The notes beneath the pieces were generated by a model. It ran no database searches and was not told the DNA's origin. It saw nothing but the letters and a program-made list of their open reading frames with translations. The position numbers were made by a program, and so were the translations under genes. Shown piece by piece: positions 58,158 through 64,000 of a stretch of DNA of 64,000 bases; positions within the stretch are counted from its first letter, which is position 1; each line of letters opens with the position of its first letter. Source of the DNA: a virus (lineage: Duplodnaviria > Heunggongvirae > Uroviricota > Caudoviricetes); IMG/VR virus record IMGVR_UViG_2922289487_000003, positions 33,731 to 97,730 of that record. One strand, given 5' to 3'.

Positions 58158-58320
58158 CGCGTTCCTCCTTTAACGTGTCAGTAATATCGACAATGCGATA
58201 AATGCGCCCTCTTCTCTGCATGACACCGGCTTTAACGTAATCGTTGATACAACTACTCATAACCAGACTTCCGATGACGATGCCCATAACCAGAAAGACA
58301 ATCATCCACCCGAGCATCAT
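58141..58320 (-). CDS. small membrane protein (59 aa; not in ORF track)
   Basis: Own translation MMLGWMIVFLVMGIVIGSLVMSS... ATG overlaps the ligase stop (ATGA). Confidence 0.3.
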   Translation of the reverse strand: MMLGWMIVFLVMGIVIGSLVMSSCINDYVKAGVMQRRGRIYRIVDITDTLKEERDDRTE

Positions 58321-59639
58321 TCTTTATCTCCTATGCGATCTTCCGTATCGCGCAGGCATCGCGGCCATTTAAGACGCGGGTGACGTAAGCTACCGTCCGG
58401 CGTCTTCTCGTGGCAGTGGACCTCTACAATACGACCGCGATACATCTCCTGATTGTTCCAGATCTCGTCCAGATAACGATGCTTGATGCCGCTGGCGCGA
58501 ACGATAACGCCGTTCTCCAGACGGATAACGATTTTGCCCAGCGTATGCGCGAAACCTGAATCCGGGTCACCCGGTTCAAAGTCGATGATTTCGCCGTCTT
58601 CTGAGTCCTCATCTTTCAGCTTCCACCAGCTGCGGGTACGCTTGAACTCATAAACGGAATCAGGATCTTTACCCATCTCCCCTTCCTCGTTCGCATCCAG
58701 GCGCTTCATGAATCGTTCAATGAAGTCTTCGTGGCTATGGATGATGTAGAACGGGTGCAGATGGATATCTGGTGCGTAATCCTGACCGCGAGTGTTTCTG
58801 AACCAGGCCACCAGCATGGACAGACGCTCTTTCAGCTTCATACCGTTCTTCGCGTACTCTTTGGATTTCGCCATTGCACGCCATTCCGGTAAGAAGAAGT
58901 CGAAGATGTGATAAACCGCGCCAATCGCCTTCACGTTCTTCTTCCGCAGCGCAGACACTGACTGATTGAATGAACCTGCAGTACCTTCACCATCGAAGAA
59001 GATATGCTTGTGGCCGGTAAGTTTGCCCAACTCCAGCATGGCCGGTTTGAGATGATCGAGTGACGTAATGGGGTTGCCGGTACGCGTCAGGAAGTTGACC
59101 TCTTCCTCATCAACGATGACCTCGCAGATAACGCGCAGCCCATCCAGTTTGAGACTGCCGATTATTGGCCATCTGGCCTTGGGGTTTGGCTTGAATGGAT
59201 ATTTGTCGCCTTTCTCCTTGTACGCGGTCGCCAGCTGCACCTCGAATTTGGGGATTGGATTCTTAAAGACTTTATTGCAGAGGCTTATGCCGACACCGGC
59301 TTTTGGATCTTTCAGCAGGAAGCGACGAAATACGTCCTGTCCGTCAGCGCACATCGAGGCGACAATGGATTCGACAGCAGTAATGGCCGCATTACCCGTC
59401 AGCTCTCTGGCGGCCAGTTTCTCCAGCAGTTCTACCGCCTTCTGGTCGCTGGGTACAGAAGCGCTAAGCGGCTCGGCCACTTTATACTTCTTCACGCCGA
59501 ATCGAATGTACGGATTGAGCATCAGAGAAACCATGCTTTGCTCGAATTCATCCATGCTGGCCAGCGCCTCCTTCTTGGCATTAGTTCCCATCGTTTTGAT
59601 GGCATCCAGCTTGTGCTTAAGGGCGATCAACTTTTCCAT
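58317..59639 (-). CDS. ATP-dependent DNA ligase
   Basis: Adenylation motif I SLKLDGLR (KxDG). FDGEG and downstream OB-like region. 440 aa. Confidence 0.7.
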   Translation of the reverse strand: MEKLIALKHKLDAIKTMGTNAKKEALASMDEFEQSMVSLMLNPYIRFGVKKYKVAEPLSASVPSDQKAVELLEKLAARELTGNAAITAVESIVASMCADGQDVFRRFLLKDPKAGVGISLCNKVFKNPIPKFEVQLATAYKEKGDKYPFKPNPKARWPIIGSLKLDGLRVICEVIVDEEEVNFLTRTGNPITSLDHLKPAMLELGKLTGHKHIFFDGEGTAGSFNQSVSALRKKNVKAIGAVYHIFDFFLPEWRAMAKSKEYAKNGMKLKERLSMLVAWFRNTRGQDYAPDIHLHPFYIIHSHEDFIERFMKRLDANEEGEMGKDPDSVYEFKRTRSWWKLKDEDSEDGEIIDFEPGDPDSGFAHTLGKIVIRLENGVIVRASGIKHRYLDEIWNNQEMYRGRIVEVHCHEKTPDGSLRHPRLKWPRCLRDTEDRIGDKE

Positions 59640-59673
59640 TAATGTTTAACCTCCTTCGGTCGATCGGGAGTTT

Positions 59674-60150
59674 TCATGCGTTTTCTTTGGTTGTTTCTTC
59701 AATGAGTGCCGCGTACACGTCGGTGATGGGCGTCAGTGAATCGGTGGGTTTGCTGTCAGGTTCTTTCGCGTCAGCTTTCTTCGTGCGCTTAACCAGACTG
59801 CTAATCGTTGTGGCGTTACGCTTCCGGGTGAGCGTTCTGACGCTCTTGTTTGTCTCTTCCAGCTCTTTGATAAGCGCTTGTGTATCGATGAAGTAGAGAC
59901 TCTCCCCTTTGCGGATCTCTTCCACCATCATCTTCAATGCCTGGCATTTGCCGGCAGCGATAGCGGTCGGGCATGAGGTGAATGACGAGACCGGGAGACG
60001 TTTCTCTTTGTAGGCCAGAATGGTGTGCTGGCAGACTGCGTAGCTGCAATGTGCTTCATGACCGTTGATCTTCACTTCCGGGCATCGCAGCGAGAAGCCG
60101 TTGTTTCCTGAGATAGAGGGGATTTTCGACAAATCTGTTCTTGTAGCCAT
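59674..60150 (-). CDS. hypothetical Cys-rich protein
   Basis: CPEVKINGHEAHCSYAVCQH...C...C pattern. Confidence 0.4.
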   Translation of the reverse strand: MATRTDLSKIPSISGNNGFSLRCPEVKINGHEAHCSYAVCQHTILAYKEKRLPVSSFTSCPTAIAAGKCQALKMMVEEIRKGESLYFIDTQALIKELEETNKSVRTLTRKRNATTISSLVKRTKKADAKEPDSKPTDSLTPITDVYAALIEETTKENA

Positions 60151-60231
60151 GTTACTAACCGTAGTCGTGTACTTACTTAACTTGCGCAGTTTAAAAAAGC
60201 CCCACCAGGGGACTAAGAGATTTGTTCAGGC

Positions 60232-61023
60232 TTACCAGGTCGCCCAGCCAGTCATCTTGTCCTGTGCGGCTTTAAACCGGTAAGACTCCAGCAATTCGTT
60301 GGCGTGGTGGATGGCATACGACTTCGCCTCCTGCTTAACCATCGGTAGTTCGTTGGCGAGACGAGTCACTTTCCCTGCAAAACTGGCAAGTACACCATCG
60401 CAAGCCTGACCTGCGTCGACCACAATACGCACCAGGTCTAAATCGCTTCGGCACATATCGCAGATAGTGCCGTACTCAACTTCACGGATACGTTCTACGG
60501 CCTTCCGAATATCGCCACCAACAACCAAATCCAGTAAACCTGGCGGCGGCAGCAACTCAATGGAACGCTCAGTCAAATCGGGCTGTTCAATAATGCTCAG
60601 GAAAGCATCACAGCCGGTATCCTCTTCCCCATCCGCCCGCTTACGGATGGCAAACATCACTTTCCCAATGACATCACCAAAAGGCTCATCGGTCGAGCAT
60701 CCCGTGTAATGGGATGCCACAACGCGGCCGTCGTACCATGCGCCAGTGCGTACTTCCAGTCCCTCATTGGAATGCATGATGAAGGCCACCAGAGCCGCTC
60801 TTTTGGGCTTGATGCCAGGTAGTTCCGGAGCGTTTCCAAAGCGTGCCCAGACGCGCATATAGGGAGTACCATCGGCGAGATTAACGCTGCCTACCGTTTT
60901 ACCGATATGGTTCATAGCCATGCCGATCGCGTCGTCGACGATCTTTTGTTGTTCGTCCGGTTCGAGTTCTACGCCTGACTTTTCAATGATCTCAATGACG
61001 GATTTTTGAATGTCTTCTTTCAT
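60232..61023 (-). CDS. hypothetical protein
   Basis: ORF. Motif B (61067-61086) upstream. Confidence 0.4.
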   Translation of the reverse strand: MKEDIQKSVIEIIEKSGVELEPDEQQKIVDDAIGMAMNHIGKTVGSVNLADGTPYMRVWARFGNAPELPGIKPKRAALVAFIMHSNEGLEVRTGAWYDGRVVASHYTGCSTDEPFGDVIGKVMFAIRKRADGEEDTGCDAFLSIIEQPDLTERSIELLPPPGLLDLVVGGDIRKAVERIREVEYGTICDMCRSDLDLVRIVVDAGQACDGVLASFAGKVTRLANELPMVKQEAKSYAIHHANELLESYRFKAAQDKMTGWATW

Positions 61024-61223
61024 AGAGGTTCCTCAATTCCTGCTTCCGCCATATTCTTACAAAAAAATAAGTATGTATCTACTTATCAATATAGGCACAA
61101 GATTTAGACGAACGTCCATGTAAAGCAATCTGTCTCCACTGCTTCTGCAGGCAAGAGAAATGTTGTTGCACCATCCTCTTTTCATCATATGATGGAGGCA
61201 ACATCTCACAACGGATCAAGTGT

Positions 61224-61943
61224 ATGTCTGACAAAATTTTTAAAGCCCCTTGTCCAAGTTGTAAAAGAAAATGCAATACAATAGTTCTTGGCGAGAAGAG
61301 TAAGGAATGGAACGAAGAGTCAGGTCACGATAATTATGTTTATGGCAAGGATGATCATAAACTACTGGAATGCTGCGGTTGCGGAACCATTTTTTACTAC
61401 AAGAAGTCATGGAACAGTGAACACACGTATATTGATGCAAATGGGAATGAAGAGGCTGAACTTTCTGTCGTAACTGTACCTGCGATCGAAAATCCATCGT
61501 TACAGCCGGATTGGGTATCAGATATTTACGCTAAAGACGTAGTCTTATTCCATATTCTGACCGAGGTATATACCGCCTATGCGCATCATGCATTCATTCT
61601 GGCGGCCACTGGTCTGCGAACGGCCTTCGATCATACAACCAGTTTAATTGATATCCCACCTAACGATAAATTTGAACAAAAAGTAAAGGCTGTTTTTGAC
61701 AAGGGTTACGTAAGTGAAACTGAGCGTGGACATCTTGCCGTTGTTACTGAAGCAGGGAACGCTGCAGCACATCGAGGGTGGAGACCAACCAAAACGCAGT
61801 TTGAATCGTTGCTGCATGTGGTTGAAAAATTTGTTCAGAATGTAGTGCTTCGTGATCGCGAGATAGAAAAAATAGGTGAAGCAATCCCTAAGAAGCCTAA
61901 AACGCCCAAAACTCCAAAAAAAAACGACACTCCGGCCGTATAA
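61224..61943 (+). CDS. zinc-ribbon protein with C-terminal DUF4145-like (HEPN-clan-like) domain; plus strand inside the minus-strand replication module
   Basis: CPSCKRKC...CCGCG four-Cys ribbon. C-terminal ERGHLAVVTEAGNAAAHRG resembles the conserved GN.aAH segment of DUF4145. Confidence 0.4.
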   Translation: MSDKIFKAPCPSCKRKCNTIVLGEKSKEWNEESGHDNYVYGKDDHKLLECCGCGTIFYYKKSWNSEHTYIDANGNEEAELSVVTVPAIENPSLQPDWVSDIYAKDVVLFHILTEVYTAYAHHAFILAATGLRTAFDHTTSLIDIPPNDKFEQKVKAVFDKGYVSETERGHLAVVTEAGNAAAHRGWRPTKTQFESLLHVVEKFVQNVVLRDREIEKIGEAIPKKPKTPKTPKKNDTPAV

Positions 61944-61988
61944 TTCAGAGCCAGCCCTAAGTGGCTGGCTATGGGCCGTCTACATCGC

Positions 61989-63239
61989 TCATATAAGCGC
62001 GGTAATCCCTTTGACCTTGCTCATTAGTTCAAGCTGTTTTGAATACGGTTTTGCGCGATAGTAGGCTTTGATAATCTGCTCGGGTGTCGCGTCGCCAGGG
62101 TCAAGTCCTTCCTCCCCAAGACAAGCCACTTTGACATTAAGCCCAAGACTGGTGAGTCGTCTGGCCGCTGACATGGTGTTGCGTATCGCTTGCTTCTCAC
62201 TATCCCACATCATAATAACGTTACGCAGACCATTTCCCTTGAGCGTCAGAAACGCCCCCAACTGGTCTTCTGCGTTCTCAGTGGTGTTTCCGGATAAGTG
62301 CATCCCGAACGTGCCGATTGGCTCTACGTAGTCACGCAGCGTTTCTTCATCGAAGATGGCACGCTTCACACCCATCACATCAAACGCCCCTTCACACACA
62401 ACGACCGTCTGCTTTCCGACTGCATTGTGGCCGTTGTAGAGAAATTTCCCGGAAGCTGGCAACTGCATGGGAAAGAGATAGCGACGCTCTGCTGTACCGG
62501 TAACATCGCGCCCCTGAAAGGTCTTCATGACGCCATCCAGATCGTAGACCGGTATCAGAATGCGCATGTCGAACACCTGCCCCTTGACTTGATCGGTGTA
62601 CGGGTCAACGTAGGCGTGCTTTCCCTCCACGCAGTAGCGGAGATCGAAGTATCTGGCCATCTCAGGTGAGATGTGTCGCTCGACAAGATAGTCCGGCAGC
62701 CGACCGTCAATTGGCAGTTCATAATGACGCGGCAGCGCCACCGGCCCTTCCAGTTCTACAGCGCTTGCGAGTACGATCTCTTCCTTCTTCGGCTCCCATC
62801 CCTGTGAGAGAAGCGCGTTCTGAACATACTCTTCGAAGTCGCGACGTGATTTGCCGCTGTAGTGCTTGAGGAAGACCAGTTTATTGAACTGAATTTCTTC
62901 GGGGTGATCACCAGCAAAGCATTTACCGACGCCACTGGTCAGGTTGAAATAGACCTTCCAGTTCGAGCTACCGCATACCGGACATTCCTTGATATTCACC
63001 TCCCGGCCGCGTGTGCTCACACCACCACGACGATAGATGACCCCTTCCATATCGAGCCATTGCTCGAAATCCAGTTCGGACAGTATTTCTTTCAGGTCGC
63101 TCACGTTATTCACCCTACATTTTGCAGGTAATATCTTGATAAGCCTCATCTTATGAATATCATAGAGGCTCATGTGTTTTTCCTTTTGTGGTTCGGCAAA
63201 AGGTTCTTGTTTCTTGACGGGCGTGGGGGATATTTCCAC
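61989..63239 (-). CDS. DnaG-like DNA primase (zinc-binding plus TOPRIM)
   Basis: Zinc finger CPVCGSSNWKVYFNLTSGVGKCFAGDH. TOPRIM VVVCEGAFDVMGV and downstream acidic cluster. Probable start at the internal Met near 63173. Confidence 0.7.
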   Translation of the reverse strand: MEISPTPVKKQEPFAEPQKEKHMSLYDIHKMRLIKILPAKCRVNNVSDLKEILSELDFEQWLDMEGVIYRRGGVSTRGREVNIKECPVCGSSNWKVYFNLTSGVGKCFAGDHPEEIQFNKLVFLKHYSGKSRRDFEEYVQNALLSQGWEPKKEEIVLASAVELEGPVALPRHYELPIDGRLPDYLVERHISPEMARYFDLRYCVEGKHAYVDPYTDQVKGQVFDMRILIPVYDLDGVMKTFQGRDVTGTAERRYLFPMQLPASGKFLYNGHNAVGKQTVVVCEGAFDVMGVKRAIFDEETLRDYVEPIGTFGMHLSGNTTENAEDQLGAFLTLKGNGLRNVIMMWDSEKQAIRNTMSAARRLTSLGLNVKVACLGEEGLDPGDATPEQIIKAYYRAKPYSKQLELMSKVKGITALI

Positions 63240-63248
63240 GCCCCTTTT

Positions 63249-64000
63249 TTAGAGAACGTCGAGGATACGTTCGATAAACCGCATTTGTTCCAGATTCTGT
63301 TTCACGCGGATGCTTACGCCACCCTTCTGGTTACGTGACCCAGCGAAATAGAGACGCGCTTCCCCTTTGGCCTCTTCCTCTTCTGTTTTGTTGATCGTGA
63401 TGACAAGGTCAGCGATACGGACTTTCTCAATGTTGTCCGCGGCGTGCATCATGGTCGCAACTTCGGATGCCCCACCTTCCCTGTTAGTCTGGGATGCGGT
63501 GATACCGGCAACGTTGTGTTTGTCGTAAAGCGCACGCAGATCGGTATAGATACTGCGAATGTTGGCGCGGTCGTCACGCAGATCGTAGCTGGCACGCATC
63601 AGGTCGGCATAGTCGACCACGACCATATCGGGGATCATGCCGTTGGCTTTCATGCTGCCGAGCATACGATCCAGATCTGCAGGTGACATACTTCCGGATG
63701 GTCGTTCGACAATCCACAGACTGCCAATGCCTTTGGTCGCCCCCAACTCTGCCAGTTTTCGCTGGACGTCATCCCGGCGTTCCACCAGCCTGGACATCTC
63801 TGTTTCTGACAGTCGGGCATCGAAGCGATCTGACAGGATGGAGGTATGCACTTCCAGAGACAGATACAGCACGTTGTAGCCGGCAAGCGTGGCGTTAATT
63901 GAGAACTCACCCATCGCCGTTGATTTACCAGACTTAGCAAAGCCCATGAACAGAACCATTTCGCGCTTCGCCCAACCTTTCTGGTAAAGCAGCTTATCGA
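63249..64000 (-). CDS. DnaB-family replicative helicase, C-terminal RecA-like domain; 5' part beyond window
   Basis: Walker A GFAKSGKST, Walker B MVVVDYADLM. Reading frame stays open to the window edge. Confidence 0.7.
   Translation of the reverse strand, partial: DKLLYQKGWAKREMVLFMGFAKSGKSTAMGEFSINATLAGYNVLYLSLEVHTSILSDRFDARLSETEMSRLVERRDDVQRKLAELGATKGIGSLWIVERPSGSMSPADLDRMLGSMKANGMIPDMVVVDYADLMRASYDLRDDRANIRSIYTDLRALYDKHNVAGITASQTNREGGASEVATMMHAADNIEKVRIADLVITINKTEEEEAKGEARLYFAGSRNQKGGVSIRVKQNLEQMRFIERILDVL

Overview
This window reads as an enterobacterial phage or phage-plasmid region, broken at the left edge by the 3' end of an IS21-family element (IstB-like ATPase, 1..525). Almost all genes lie on the minus strand in tightly packed operons, many with ATGA start/stop overlaps.

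Three gene modules are recognisable from motifs visible in the translations:
- Nucleotide metabolism: thymidylate synthase, DHFR, RNase HI, a dNMP-kinase-like P-loop protein, a MazG-like pyrophosphohydrolase, a SpoT-like HD hydrolase, and only the N-terminal 245 aa of NrdA.
- Replication: a DnaE-type Pol III alpha (1172 aa), a separate DnaQ-like proofreading exonuclease, a DnaG-like primase, a partial DnaB-like helicase, an ATP-dependent DNA ligase and a flap endonuclease.
- Recombination: a RecA/UvsX-like protein, a gp32-like zinc SSB, an SbcCD pair and a RuvC-like resolvase.

Other notable content:
- A P1-style plasmid replicon: RepA flanked by iteron arrays, with the upstream GATC cluster and iterons tandemly duplicated, and a Dam-like methyltransferase encoded elsewhere in the window.
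- A CobS/CobT-like AAA+/vWA pair.
- Accessory cargo: a CspA-family cold shock protein, a Lom/Ail outer membrane protein, PhoH, an SPFH lipoprotein with a small membrane partner, and a tRNA-Asn.
- A tyrosine integrase with a lox-like inverted repeat 100 bp upstream.
- Several AT-rich plus-strand morons that are the best candidates for undescribed accessory or defence functions: a HicA-like cluster, a 430-aa two-TM protein, a zinc-ribbon/DUF4145-like protein, and a C-terminal GIY-YIG protein.

Two conserved quasi-palindromic intergenic motif families recur upstream of minus-strand genes. The overall architecture resembles SSU5/pHCM2/P1-type phage-plasmids, but that assignment is an inference from memory, not a search result.
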